Part shown: piece by piece, positions 33,564 through 47,989 of the stretch
Numbering within the stretch: position 1 is the first letter of the stretch
Layout: every line of letters begins with the position of its first letter
Assembly: GCF_964204645.1 (NCBI RefSeq)
Contig: NC_134030.1
Span: 14,074,110-14,138,109, forward strand
Origin: Tubulanus polymorphus
Lineage: Eukaryota; Animalia; Nemertea
Direction of reading: 5' to 3'
Length of the DNA: 64,000 bases
Position numbers and translations under genes: made by a program
Notes under the pieces: generated by a model
What the model saw: only the letters and a program-made list of their open reading frames with translations
The model's database searches: none
What the model was told of the DNA's origin: nothing

Positions 33564-36172
33564 TATATATAATGTTCGCGTATAATGTTTATTCAAAAAT
33601 TTTTACATGTGTATGATTTCATAAGTAATGTACAGAATTGTTATGTAATACTCGTCTTTTCTCTCGACCAGTATACGTGTATTTAATGTTCTCTGCTAAA
33701 CTGTCGATTTTCTCGTCTGTTTGTCATTGTCGGAAAATCCTTTGAAAAAAGTATCACTTGAAATCCCGCCCGAAAAATGATTGCGCTAAATAGAGGTAAA
33801 ATAAAATCCACGCGTCCGCAACAGAAGTCTTTGATAGTACGAAGTACCGGGTCTAATAACCTCGCGCAACTGATCATGAAAATATCCTAGCTACACGAAG
33901 TAACAACTCGCGCAACTGATCATTACGCGATTGCGTAACTGGTTCGCGGAGATCGTCAGTTTCTGACCTTTATATACCTGAGCAATTAACAGAACTAAAT
34001 TCGGTCGAGCCGTTCAAAAGTTATGAAGGAATTTGTCGGCTGAAAATCACACTTCTCGGCCATAGAGTCTTCATTAGGAAATGAACTAAAGGTCACAAGG
34101 TCAAATGGTGACCAAATGATGATTTCTTAGTTAAGAAATAATTGAAAGTAGAGAAGAAACTTTATAAGTATATCTTTGGGAATTGTCATCCGATTTCAAT
34201 CAAACTTCCTGAAAATTCAGAGTTATAGTTTCCCTATTGATTATAAAACTTAAACTAATTATTAATTAAGCCAATTAAGGGTAATTAGCTTAATTAATTG
34301 GCTCATTGCCAGTTCCAGTTATTTATCAACTAAAAAAAAAGGATAAATGTTTACTAATTTGTGTTACAACTTTACAAGGATAAATATATCTGACTATAAT
34401 TTACCGCAGACATCGCAACACATAAAAATTGGTTGCAATTAGCAACAATTGATTTTTGGGATTAAAATGGTTGCCGGCGCTCGGAAAGTATTTCAAACCC
34501 AAAAACGCATCATGATTGGTATCAAACTGATCGTATTCACCCCAGCTTCCTCTATTTAATCAGGATTCATGCATTCAGTTCATTGGTAAGAACATATTAG
34601 TGATCCAGTAAGAATTCTTGAATTTCAAATTTAGGCCTATTGGATCCTCGTAGCTAAAGAAGATCCAGAAAGAACCTTTATGGTATATAAAGTACTTGAA
34701 GAAGGATCTATTAATTGAAACTTTTATCTTTTGCAGGTGACTCAAAGAACTATGATGTTAAATTAGCCAACCCTTCTTAAAAGAATCATTATGCAAAAAG
34801 TGTAGGCCAAGTCCTAAAAGCTTTAGCTCTCACTGAGATGGAGTTATTCAAACTGCAACCATCTTATCTAAATAAGCTTCAATATAGATAAGTTAATGGA
34901 ATTGTGGATTAAGAATTTTATATGAGCAATAAAATACAGCAATTATAAATTTTGTGGCGGCCCAAGTCCAAGGAAGATGATAATTGACTAAGAGTAGGAG
35001 TCAGCTTTGGTCGTTTCAATTGTAGCTTGAAAAACATAAATAAATGATTTCTTGATAAATAAATATTGTATTTTCATTTCAGTTTAGGTTTTATATGGAC
35101 ATTTTTATTGGGGAGAGGCAGGTTTTCATCTAGCTGCTTTTTCAGTGTGATTGATGATGTTGGCCTAAGCCCTTCAGAATGACACACGGGATTTCTTGAG
35201 CTTTATCGGCGACATCTTCCCCAAAGTTGCTCAAATTAAAGTAATTATCATAAATTTCATTGATTCTGAGAGAAAATGACTTAGAACAACTTAAAACTAG
35301 TGTAAACAGCTGATTTACACATGTAAACAAACGCTTACGCGAACCCGGAAGTGAATGAAAATGCCCGGATGTAGCAATTTTTTTGATACTTCCCAAATTT
35401 AACCCAAAAGTCGAGAGCGATGGCTTACCGAATCTAACTAAAACCTTTTGCAATATACACTAAAACTACTATATTTTTCCACCTGGGGGAGAACTTATTT
35501 CTAAATTTCATTATTTGATGAAATATATTGCGTTAAAATATTTTAAGTGTCGCAAAATCAGTCAAATTGCCGGTACAAACAAGTACGGCAAACCTGGATG
35601 TTAATCAAGAACTTTTGAAAACACCTGTGAAGGTTTCGTGATCCCCAGTCCCGCCCCTATTCTGCAGGATCACCTAGAAGATGGGCATCTAAAAACTGCA
35701 TTTTTCGGAATCCGCGGTGAAGACTACACGCGCACCTGTCAATCAACAATCTAAAGTTGGCTGGAGTCCAACAGCTTGTAACTTACGAACTAAGCCGCGC
35801 ATCAACATGGAATTTTCAACACAGTACAAGATGCTTATTGTCTTTCCTCGAAAATTTAGTTGAAGTAAATCGGATGACAATTATAAGATTTATCAAGTTC
35901 ATAACTTTTGAAGTGGGAAAAAACGGCACTATGGCTGGTTTTGGTCACGTGATCTGAAAACCCCATCAATATGTTCTGAAGGTCCATCTTGTTTCATGTA
36001 CAAGATATTTTATATATTTCAGTTCAAGGTAACTAGCCCGCAAAGAAATAGATGAAGGAAGATATTAGCTGTTACAGCATTGATAAATTATAAAAGGTTG
36101 GTGGAGTCCTGAAAGTTGCATGTGTAACTTCTGTAGATGAGACCGGTCCATATTACCGAGATGACATATTTT

Positions 36173-37031
36173 CAGAGATGCTAGTTTTCCGGAAATATCC
36201 GGAATTCCGGAAATTTAGGATCGCCGATGTCAATTCCGGAAATTGGGTGAGAATTCCTCGCGGCGACCAGTAATGGCACGGACCGTTAAAACGTTCGTTT
36301 GCTTGTACTCGTCATCGCTTCTGTGTTATTTTATCTTGGTCTCTGTTTCCGAGGACGTTCTGCTACAATGTATATATGTGTGCTTGTTGTGGTATCTCTA
36401 CGTGCGTAGGCGGAGCGCCACTGTTGTGACGCCATTTCCAAATAAAAGTCAATTATCTTTACGCGCCGTTGTACATCGTCCCGCTGATGGCCAACAATGT
36501 GAAGATGCACGTGGTACTAATTAAGATGATATCTAATAAATATCATCTTAATTATAACCACATGCGTGCTTTGTCCTGAGGCACGCAGCTTTGAAACTTT
36601 CTTTTTGCCTGCAGCTGTCAAGCGGGACGGTCTGCAAAATGAGCCCGCACGGAAAGATTGTCAGTCGGGAGTCGGCCGATGTAAAGGCAATTGACAGCGG
36701 TATAAAAAATAAATTTAACTGGCACTGGCTAGAGTGTAAGGACAGTAACGGGGACTACTTATCAAACTACATTCGTAAGTTAGACTTAGCTGGCGTGGCG
36801 TAGTGTCGTTTGTAAAGACCAGGTCAAATACGGTAGTGGCGGGAAAAAAGATATTCTTCGTCACCCGGATAGCGCGCGGCATAAGCAGCGAGGGATGTGA
36901 AGCACAACGAATGCCTGCCGTCGTATTTTCAGATACCCAGGTCGCTCTAGAACGCATTTCCGGCGATGCAAAAATGCAAAAAGACCCCCGTTCTATATTC
37001 CGGAATTTTGGTACTTTGGCCCTAGCATCTG
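36173..37031 (+). mobile_element. Non-autonomous hAT-like element retaining a transposase N-terminal remnant
   Basis: Ends CAGAGATGCTAG...CTAGCATCTG; 36639-36830 encodes IDSGIKNKFNWHWLE...IRKLDLAGVA, homologous to the start of the 47990 transposase. Confidence 0.7.
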
Positions 37032-37419
37032 TATTTTACCGAGATGACATGAAATATAACATATTTATTCCTTATCGATTTTAACACTTGAAATCATATT
37101 AGGCCTATATCAGTAATAAATGCCTGCTGGAGTCATTTTTGGTTTACCTTTGTCAGGAGTATGAGGTTGGCATTGAGCCAATTCATGTAAAATCGCGGTA
37201 CGTTTTAGCCAACTTGGGACTTTAGTCCCAGCGGGCTATTGCGTTCACTTTTCGTGCATCCGTCCGTCCGTAGATGGAATCCAGTTATTCAAGACGCTTC
37301 AAGGTAATGTCCTGATATTTGGTTTATACATGTATCTACCCTAGACTCATCTTCAGCCCAAAAACTGGCCCTGTCAATATCAAGATGGCCGACTGGCAGC
37401 CATTGTTGTTCGTAAAAAT

Positions 37420-38836
37420 CACAGGGGCTCGTCACGATAGCTGGGGGTCCAAAATCAAAGATTTGACCCAGTATCCTAGGTACCACCTATAAAAAAAGAA
37501 AAGGGAGCCAGTGTTGCCACTTCTCCGGAATTCCGGATTTAAAAAAAATCCAATTTCATTTCCGGATTTTCGGGAGAAGTCAAATAACCACAAAAGAAAA
37601 CATCGCGAAAAAAATAAAATCCGGGATTCGACCCTAAACATCAAAACGTGACGGCTCCGTAGAGGGTTCGAAAAAGCCGTATTGTGCTGCCACGTAGTGG
37701 CAACAACCCTGCAATACACGATTAAACCAAGATGACGCGACGATTGAAATCGACTGACGCTTCGTTTGTTTTTTTGGCTCTCTGGTTTATGTATGAGGTT
37801 TATTTGACGGAACCAATCGCTATTTGAAAAAAAAGATCCATAGGCGGTAATGAAAGCGAGGCCTATAACGTCTATTGCGCCAGAACGCATCTCCTGGCGT
37901 TCTAATTTCAAAAAGTTTTTTGGGGGAGGGCCCCCAGACCCCCGACTTATTTTCCGGATTTTTAGCTTCACATAAGTGGCAACTCTGAGGGAGCTAACAT
38001 TTTGACATACTAGAATTGACCTTCTCATTTCAATCGCTCATAACATCGTAACCCATCGACCGATTCGCATGAAATCGGTTTCGTTTCATTCCTAAGAGGT
38101 TACTTTTTCGTTTGAGACCTTCCGCGACAAAATCGGATAAGAGACACCCAAGAAATCACGACTCAAACCCGAAAAAACGAGTCAAAATAGCCAATGCCGG
38201 AATTACTAGGACGTCTCGGAGTAGTCGATTTCCGACGAAAAATGATGAGTTGACGCGGTTCCCGGATGTAAATCATCACATGTCATACATCGCTGGAAAG
38301 CTTATGAACTGACCTTATTGAGAAATGCGTTTATTTGATAATCCATTCCGATACGGGCGACAAGCGAGGTGATAATCCAGATCGATCTGATAAATACGCA
38401 CTTTAAGCGTCACTGAACCGCCATTGATGGTGTGACCTCACGGTCTCTGAGGACTGAAAAATTCGCGATACGTGATTGGTCGACTGAATATGTCAATTAT
38501 CTAGCGTTTCATGCTGGGATTTCTAATGACGTCACGCAGTTAATGGCGGCCGGAATACCTTGGAAATCGTAATTATCGCATCAATCTGGATTATCAGCTC
38601 GCCAGTCGCGGGTATCGGAACAGATTATCAAATAAACGCGTTTTTCAATAAGGTCAGTTCATAAGCTTTCCAGCGATGTATGATATGTGATAATTTACGT
38701 CCGGGAACCGCGTCAACTCATCGTTTTTCGTCGGAAATCGACTACTGCGAGACGTCCTAGTAATTCCGGCTTTGGCTATTTTGACTCATTTTTTCGGGTT
38801 AGAGTCCTGATTTCTCGGGTGTGTCATATCCGATTT
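37420..38836. mobile_element. Second copy of the CACAGGGG foldback element, right end truncated, carrying a nested MITE
   Basis: Collinear with 28109-29040 apart from the 37509-37987 insert. Confidence 0.88.
37509..37987. mobile_element. MITE with 14-bp TIR CAGTGTTGCCACTT / AAGTGGCAACTCTG and 7-bp TSD AGGGAGC
   Basis: The empty site is visible in the first foldback copy (AAAGGGAGCTAAC, ~28190); TSD at 37502-37508 and 37988-37994. Confidence 0.88.
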
Positions 38837-39554
38837 TCACTTCTTCAATTTGATCGATTTAGCCTATTCAAATTACTCATTGATTCTTTGAAATAGGTTT
38901 ATGCAATAGACAATAGATCCTTTTACCTTCCTGGCCAGTTTCAAAACTGTTTAACAATCTGGCATTGAGATATAACAGAAAATACACGCAGTTTCCTCAA
39001 AATTCAACGCATTTCTATAGACGCTATTTCTCAGCTCTGCCTTTAATGACGTTGCAGCGCGCACCTGCTGATTTAGCCGACGCTGAACAGTAAGCGATGT
39101 AAACAACGAAATGAGGTCAAATATCTTGTTACAAAATCATAAATTGCGCGTAAACTAAACATTTTGGAACAGAACGGTTGAAGGTGATTGTATAGATCAA
39201 TAGAATATCATATTTTGAAATAAAAAAAAGTGTCAGTTACCCTTTAAATCAATTTACCTTGATCTTTCATATATATTTGAATCCCCCAAGGGCCCATCAC
39301 CATAAGAAAAATTGGGTCGACTGGACTTAAGATGGCCGTCCTATGACCTTTTTAGTGCCCTAAAATGTCAATTTTGTCCCAAATTCTGAGTCCTGTAGCT
39401 TCCTACTGGTTGGCCATTTCTCATTACAATTTGTGAAGGATATTCTTTGGAAAGGGATGTTTTATACCTTAGCCAGGAATTTTTGATCGGCCAATTATGA
39501 CCTAATTTGTGGCCATCTTGGTATCATCAGTACTCATTCGTAGGTGGGAAAAAG

Positions 39555-40720
39555 TTTTTTGACGCCTTATAAAACGTTACCATTATGAAACCTAAACAAT
39601 GTTAACCATTCAGCGTCATTTTACAAACGACAACCGTAAATCGATGTGCAAAACGTCACAGGTTTATGTGTACACATACAAGCTATTTGGCAAAATATTA
39701 TTGATAAAGATGTAGAATGTCTCCCTGTGATTATATAATGACCTCTATTTGAACGTCGAAATGTTATATTGCATTGAATATCATGATAAGACGTATTGTA
39801 ATAGTATAGTATGTATGATTATATCAGGAGCGGCAGGCATAAATAGAAATGATAAGTAAATCGGATTATTCGGTTAAATGGCGGATGTATACACGATTTG
39901 GAAGTCTGATATAAAAGTCAGACCCTGACATGGGGATGCTAGTGGAATGACGAAGCTATCTACGATCTGATTAGGGCCGGCGTGAATTTCATCGGCGGCT
40001 ACAAGCGGTCTATATAAAAACGTGTAAACAAATAATTTCAATATTCAAATGTTTTAGAAAATATGTTCGATATTAGGGGTATGCAGGTTTCATGAGATTA
40101 GCAATTTATAATAGCATAGCTGTCATATACGGCTCCGCGTCCACTGATGGCATGTGTATAAGGTGACAATTCAATTCAATACTTTATTGATCCTTATTAC
40201 ATTGAAATTCCGGGATGAAATTCCCAAATTCAATAAAGTTACAAATTTTAGAATAAGAAAATACAAAATACAAGACACATGGGTAATTCATACAGAATAA
40301 CATGAATAAGTTATTTAAATGACGATGTCTACTTCAACCCAGACTCAAGTCTAAGATACCGAGTGACAGCCAAACCGGGCCCCGGGACCGGGCCGCTGGC
40401 TACACGATATGCTCGAAGTCATGATGAAGCAGACATCAGAAGAGCTCTTTCTTCAACCAATGAAGTTGCAGTTGCTCTGAGGCAATGAAGTTGCAGACCA
40501 GCTTAGAGCAAAAGTGAATCGAAGTCAGTGACAAGTTGACAATTTTTTTTTTAAATTAGACCAGTCAAAGACTGTATCATCTACCCAATCGCCAAATCTC
40601 GTAATTCCCCAAATTTCTTAAAACTTCGATTTCAAATTTGCAATTCCACATAAGCTTATCCCAGAAATTCTACATTTTTTCGCAGGCGTCAAATAATTTA
40701 TTAAAGTTAATTTTCTTGTT
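39555..40720 (+). mobile_element. ~1.2-kb Helentron-like element, copy 2, inserted in a T-run
   Basis: Compare the empty site GAAAAAGTTTTTCCACATTATATTG at ~42933-42957. Confidence 0.8.
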
Positions 40721-41331
40721 CCAGATTATATTGATACCTAATCATATTTTGTTACCACAATCGATTGCAAAGTTGTAGCTCATGACATTGTCTATGATTG
40801 TGGTGAGTTTTAAGGACATGAGTTAGTCTATATGGTCACCAGGGGGTGTTGAATAGTAGAATAACTTAGTATTTCTTTATAAGATTAGTACCTAGGCATA
40901 TTTTGTTACCATGATCAATTGCAAAGTTGTAGTTCATGACATGTTCTACTAATGTGGTGAGTTTCAAGGTCATTGGGTTTTGCATATGGTCACCAGGAGG
41001 CATTAAATAGTAGAATAACTTAGTATTTCCATATTAGATTGGTAATGAGGCATATTTTGTTATCACAATCAATTACAAAATCGAAGCAGCTGACATATTC
41101 AATGATTGTAGTGAGTTTCAAGGTCATTGGTTTTTGTATATAATCACCAGGGGGCGTTCTTTATGGTGTGCAGAGTTGAAAGCCTGATTTACTGATAGCA
41201 TCAGATTTTTGAGATGAGTCTGACATATACACGAGTGGAATACTTGTTTTATCATCATTAATTGAAGCATTAGCGTTCCATTTTGGAGCCTGATTATTAG
41301 CTTGTTAACTGCGGTACAGTGATGAGCGTTT

Positions 41332-41522
41332 GCGCGGCATAAGAAGGCAGCCAGGGATGTGAAGCACAACGAATGCCTGCCGTCGTATTTTCAGATGGAA
41401 GATGCCGATCGTGATACAGCATCTCCGGCGATGCAAAAACGCAAAATTTTTTTCTGGGGGAGAATTTTTCAGACCCCCGTTCTAAATTCCGGAATTTTGG
41501 TACTTTGGCCCTAGCATCTCTG
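41332..41522 (+). mobile_element. Right-end fragment of the 36173 hAT-like family
   Basis: Matches ~36875-37031 and ends CTAGCATCTCTG. Confidence 0.7.
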
Positions 41523-42347
41523 ATATATGAAAAACCTCCGATGAAACCCAGGCTCTCACCAAGTTTCTACCGTATCTTAACGGGTCACTCATCAGTGCTT
41601 CTTCTAGCCCAAAATAGAGGGGCGGTCCGCCCCGCCCCTGAAAATAGCCGCACTTGTGCCTTCAGATGTGTCCCATGCTCGCACTTGTGCCCTCATCACT
41701 TGCCGTAGGTAAGCCCTCCTGCCCTTGTCAGTCACGAGTAATGAGTCAGTGCTTTCAAAATAAGCCGTCGCATCCGACTGTTAGTAAAAAATCTGTGACG
41801 GCTATGAAATATCTTGTATGATATCAATGATAGTAGCTCATGTGATCAGTGGTTATATTTAGATGTACTGCAGTCAGTGTGCATCGTGTGAAAGCGTGCC
41901 TCAGACGCGTGGCCTAGTTTAAGTTTCCAGGAAATTGGCTGACTTCCAAACTACTGCCAAACATTCTAGCGACTGCCGTTGTAAAGCTGGTAGTGTATAT
42001 TCAATGGATGGTTTCGTTTTGAACACATCGTGATGCTCTGGATCTTTCTATCTAGACTATTAGACAAATTTTATATATACAAGGTGAAAAACTTCGGTGT
42101 TCGGTGAACAATTGTTCGGTGAACTCACAGAGAGACTCACTGAGACAATTAGTTTGAGTAGCCTCATAGCAATAATGTGTTCTTAAGCTGGCTGCTAATC
42201 AATTATCAGCAGTTACTTGCTAATCACTAACACTATCAATTTAAATCAATTAAATTGATATTTCTAAGATTAAAAATATGAAATTTCATGAAGGCCTATA
42301 CACTATTGCTGGCTTCTTTTGCTGTATCATTTGCTTTTTGAGATTGC

Positions 42348-43613
42348 TTTTTGGCCCACTTGGGACTTTAGTCCCAGCGGGCTATTGCGTTCCCTTTTCG
42401 TCCGTTGTCCGTTCGTCCGTAGACGGAATCCAGTTATTTTGGGAAGTTTTGAAGACACTCTAAGGTAACGTCTTGATATTTGGGTTACACATGTATCTAC
42501 CCTAGACCCATCTTCAGCCCAAAAACTGGCTCTGTCAGAATCAAGATGGCCGACTGGCAGCCATTGTTGTTCGCCAAAATCAGCACTTTTTACACATTTT
42601 TCAACTTTTTTAGGGAAATTTTGAAGAGGCTTTGATCAATTAGCTTGATCTATCGGATATATGTGAATCCCCCCAGGGCCCATCAGCATAACAAAAATTA
42701 GGTCGTTTAGACTCAAGATGGCCGTCCCATGACCTTTTCAGTGCCCAAAAATGTTAATTTTGGCCCGAATCCTGAGTCCTGTAGCTTCCTACTGGTTTCC
42801 CATTTCTCATTGCAATTTGTGATGGGTATTCTTTGGAAAGGGATGTTTTATACCAGAGAGGTATTTTTCATCAGCCAATAATGATGCAATTGGCGGCCAT
42901 CTTGGTGTCACCAGTACTCATTCGTAAGTGGGAAAAAGTTTTTCCACATTATATTGATACCTAAGCGTATTTTGATACCACAATCAATTAGAAAGTTGTA
43001 GCTCATAATGTGTTCTATGATTGTGGTGATTTTCAAGGTAATTGGATTTTCGTATATATGGCCACCAGGGGGCGTTGAATAATAAAATATCTTCGCATTT
43101 CTTTATTATATTCGTACCTATGCATATTTTGTAACCATAATCAATTGGAAAGTTGTAGCTCATGACATCATCTATGATTGTTGCGAGTTTTGAGGACATT
43201 AGTTTTTCTATATGGTCACCAGGGGGCGTTGAATAGTAGAATAACTTAGTATTTCCTTGTTATATTGGTACCTAGGCATATTTTGTCACCATGATCAATT
43301 GTAAAGTTGTAGTTCATGACATGTTCTATGATTGTGGTGAGTTTCGAGGTCATTGGGTTTTGAATATGGTCACCAGGGAGCGTTGAATAGTAGAATAACT
43401 TAGTATTTCCATATTAAATTGGTAACGAGGCATATTTTGTTATCACAATCAATTACAAAATCGTAGCTGCTGACATGTTCTATGATTGTGGTGAGTTTCA
43501 AGGTCATTGGTTTTGTATATGGTCACCAGAGGGCGTTGAATATTGAAATTGTTAGATTGTTGAGCATTTGGAACCACTTCCCAAGTGGGCATGGTGTCCC
43601 TGGGCCCCTAGTT
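42348..43613 (+). mobile_element. Helentron-associated (HINE-like) element with about four internal 154-bp tandem repeats
   Basis: 5' TTTTTGGCCCACTTGGG, (GTCC)-like microsatellite near the 5' end, subterminal CCCAAGTGGGC, then a short GC-rich segment and AGTT; repeat anchors at 43060, 43214, 43368 and 43521. Confidence 0.8.
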
Positions 43614-46600
43614 TCTGCTATATTTTGTCGGCAACTGGTTTTCCAAATCATTTTGAAAGCCCTATCTATTGATTAACTTTTGTTCATTGACAGGCATAGG
43701 TGTAAGGATGTGCTGTGGTCAAGTGTGTCACTCATGGCAAAATCAGAGTTAAACATAGTTTCTAGTCCTCGATCGTAGTAGGGGGTACCTCGATTCTATG
43801 CAATAGGGAACATTGCAGGTTGCCCCTAAAAGAGACGTGAGTGCCTTATTATGTGCCCTTGCTCCACTTTTTTACCATACTCACTCCAGCAGTATTCCCT
43901 ATTACAGTACCCAAATTCTTTTTAACACATTTTGATGATGATGCTTGCTGCAGCTTCGTGATAGAATCTCAGCATCTGCAGTTTAACAGCACTTATTCTG
44001 TTATTTTCTTGTTTTATTGGTATCATTTATCGTTCTAACTTGACATGGTTAACTCCTTTATATCTTCAAGATTATAATGGTAGGTAGTTTCCAAAAATAT
44101 CTGATAATAATGATCGTGTAGTGCTGCCATCTATGGCCTGTAACAGCGATCATTGTCTTGTCTTTGCATTGCTGATTTATCTTATTTAAAGTAAGTTTTC
44201 AGGAATCAAAGGCTTATAGGCCTAACAGTAGACTGAAAAATTATAAAATACTTCAATCTTCAGTGCCTGGTGGCTCTTTATGTTTTAAAGTTCATTAATT
44301 TTGTTAAATTTTACTCGAACTGTCGAGTTCGGACGATTTTCTTGTCATTTCGCCTTTTGCCTAGGTGACCGAACACTAGCGCACCTAGCTGTGGCGGCAA
44401 ACATCATCTGAATAGAAGTATTGAAAGGGTTAAAAAAACATCAGCGCGCGCTGCATATGGTACGTGTCTCTGATCAATAAAGTTTGTTTAGCGTCTGTGG
44501 ATCATCAATAAATGTATGCGCAAATGAAGTTTATATACATTTTTGTTGACTGCATCATTGATATTGTGTCATATATATCTAGTAGGATTTTCTTTGAGCT
44601 GAGTAAAGGTAACACATTAAAAAAGTGATATGTAGCGGTGATAGTCAGCCTCAACGTGAGTGTGACAATGTATTCATATCCCTGGCCAAGTACCTTGTTT
44701 CCTGGAAAACTACAACTAAACCACGTGTTGAGGCATGTTCTTCTCACTACACGCCGCGCTGCCTCGGCGCTGTTGCTTTTAAAATATCTTATCTTATATG
44801 TCCCATTTGATTTCATCAAAATACATTTTACGCTTCAAAATCGTCTCGCTTTATTTTCTAAAAAGAATTGCATGTAAGTGTTTGTTCATGCATTCATTCT
44901 CTCCAGTGCGTGGGTCATCGTCAGTTTTTCTAAAAATAGACAACCATCATAGTAACTGAGCCATTCGCCCAGTTTTCATTGATTTGTGATGTTTGGCGTC
45001 CAGCATTAAAACCATCTGTGACTTTTCACAAATTCCAGTGTGATTTTCTGTCTCAGACACTCTGAGGGGCGTTAAATTTTAAAATTTTCTTGGGGGACCC
45101 CCAAACCCCCCGCAATGACTTCGCACCTTCGGTGCTCGCTTTGTCGTTGAAGAACAAGGATAATATATCATACTGCGCCCTGCTATAAATTTGACCTGTG
45201 GAGAACACTGCTGTCTCTGTGTAGGATTCATCTGGTTGACCTCTTATTTGCGCTACTGCTTGACGCTAAGTTTAGCAATGAGACGGTTACGTAGCAGGGT
45301 GGCCGCAATCCGCGCGCTTTCTTGTACAGCGTGGTTTAAACTGTATTGCTAGTAGAATGATACTTCGGGGATCATGGACTGTCGCTTCAGTGTGGCGCGT
45401 AAATATCGCTCACATATACATATTGTTCATGTCGAATTGATCTACTGTAGTTAAGAATAGATAAAGAATTCACCTGAAATGTCAAACTTGTTGCTTACCC
45501 CACCACACAGAAAGAATCTTTCTAGTTATAAAATGTTAAAATTGGTTCATTTCTAAATCTGCTGTTATAATAAAATATAATTGATCATGGTTTAAAAAAG
45601 TAATGTACAGGTTAGATAGGTGGCCGGCGGAGTCAACTTTTAAGTTCGGCAAAGAGCGGAGAGACAGGGTATCAATTTTTGGCGAACCGTAGGTTTGCCT
45701 ATACAAACGGTCAGGTCAAGCAGTTTTCATTGAAAATTAATCGAGTACCGATGTCAACAAGGCACAAACATTGGCTAATGAACCAATAATGTTGATTTTG
45801 GTGTCATTGTTTGGAGTTCTCAAGCGAAGAAAAATTCCATAGTGACAGAGTTATTTTTTGGGGACATATTCTTGAAAAACACGTAAAAACCCTGCTTTTA
45901 AGCACTTATTAATGGCACGTTTTTATATATGACAATCTGCATACTTAGAATTGAAATATATAAAAGTTCAATTCTTCCTGGAAGTGTTGCCCGTTTTAGT
46001 GGGACTCATCTCGGTGTACTTTCGACCTACAGGCCCTCACTTTATAAACCCCCATAATTTTCTTGCTTCTAGTTATTTGAGTTGACCTTGTTACCTGAGC
46101 TACAATGAATGTGATGTTTTGTGGGATATACGGGAAATGCCGGGAACTTAAGCGCTTCTGATGTAATTAATGAGGTTTAACAATACAAATCGCATAAGCT
46201 ATTAAATCATGCGGCAGAAAAAATGAAATTCATTCAATTCTTAAGTCTGTGGTCCTCCCAATCAACATCATAGAACAGATTTTCCGGCAGATGTAAAGCA
46301 TTAACCACTTAATACCTTACCACAGTATAATCTACCAGTGCTTCAAGGCCCATGGGCCTCTTTTAATGTTTTCATGATATTCAGTGCATATTGCACAACG
46401 TTGCTGTTTTTATTTTTCCGATCGTCTTCATCGATGTGGTATTCATGGATGAAAATCATCCGCTGATTTCCGCGGTCAAAGACTCATTTTTATTACTCTT
46501 GAGATAGCCTTAGTGCAAATCCATTGAGAAATGGGGGGTAGGAGTTGTTTTCGGCGCAATATCTGCGATACTCACTCTGAATCAGGCATTGTTAGCGATA

Positions 46601-47989
46601 ACAAATGCCTACTAAAGCGTTCTATTTTTATAATGCTCCGATCAGAATATATTCGTATGTGTGTGTATAAATACATGTAAAAAATCAATAATCTTATACG
46701 TGAGACTTATTAGCGTGCGCATAACACACCACCGCATCTACCTGACTGCCGGTTTTAAGCTTCCCACGCCGTGTTTTTGGTTTACCTTTGTCAGCGATAT
46801 GAAGTTGGCATTGAGCCAATTCATGTAAAATCGTGGTACGCTTTTTTATGTGAGCATTTGTTTCATTGGTTCTCGGCTTAAACGACGTATAATCGATGCG
46901 ATTGAAGACATGGCCAACCTACATCGATGACATGGTCAACATTGTTAAAATTCTAACAAAAACTGTTTTTGGCGGGAAAATTCTTAGCTCTCGCATATAA
47001 AATTGCAATAACCTCGATTGGGGGGCGTTGTCTCTACGAGCGAATGTGATTGGCTGTTTTTGGGATATATGGGGAATTCCGGCGCTAATAAAATAATTAT
47101 GGGAAAGCCATAGAATGGAACGTTTCATAGGACTAGGTGCCGTATACGTGCAAATTTCAAATGCTCATTGCTGGTGAGAATGTAATTATTATCCGCCATA
47201 GGTATTGTTTCATTTTAATACCCGGTGATTGATTTGTTTGACATTGATGTGTAAGCGAACATTCACTTACACAAGGCCACCACGTGCGCGCGGAAATCAT
47301 TAGATTAGACTGTTGCACACAAACACACGCACGTACAGTATACACTACTATAGTGATGCTGTAACGCTGCTTGCTGGCGCGTTTGACATTTCATGAGCAG
47401 AAGTGGGCTGTGTTTTCTGTTTGATAGAATTTGTAATAAATTGTAATAAATTGTGACCTGCAAATACTAAGCAGCAAACTATAAGAATAGTTCGAGGTCT
47501 GAATATTGTAGTGGTAAATTCCAGGATTTAAAACGAGGATCTAATACACCGATTCCTTACTGCACCGGTATTTTAGCTGCCATACATTCAGCCGCCCTCT
47601 GATATGTGACATCATATGAATTTTATTTGAATATTTTTTCGTATGAAAAATGATATTTTTCATAATATTTTTTCATATTATGAAAAATATTTCTTTGAAA
47701 ATATAAGATAGTTTCCATGCCGCGCCTACCTGTACCCTACGAAATGTTGGATGTGGACCGTAAACAAATGTAGATCTTTGGTCTTGTTTGACTACAAAAT
47801 AATCCTTTAAGAAAGATAAAATACAATATTTTTAAACTTGTAGAACTTTGAAGTCACGAATTAAAAAGATTTTTCAAGCAATACCCTTACCCCAAACAAC
47901 CTCTAGCTTTCAAGGTAAACCACACTTTGTCCATGGGCAATTTATTTTTAATACCGGGATGCTATTTATGAGCGGTTATTTTGTCACTC

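Larger units (their letters stand above)
37203..41158 (+). mobile_element. Helentron-associated (HINE-like) element, interrupted by nested insertions and 3'-truncated
   Basis: Segments 37203-37419, ~39245-39555 and 40721-41158 are collinear with the intact copy at 42348-43613, including the ~154-bp internal repeats. Confidence 0.75.

Noticed and set aside
37432-38028. 198-aa minus-strand ORF
   Set aside because: It spans a MITE and foldback sequence, and has no recognisable domain.
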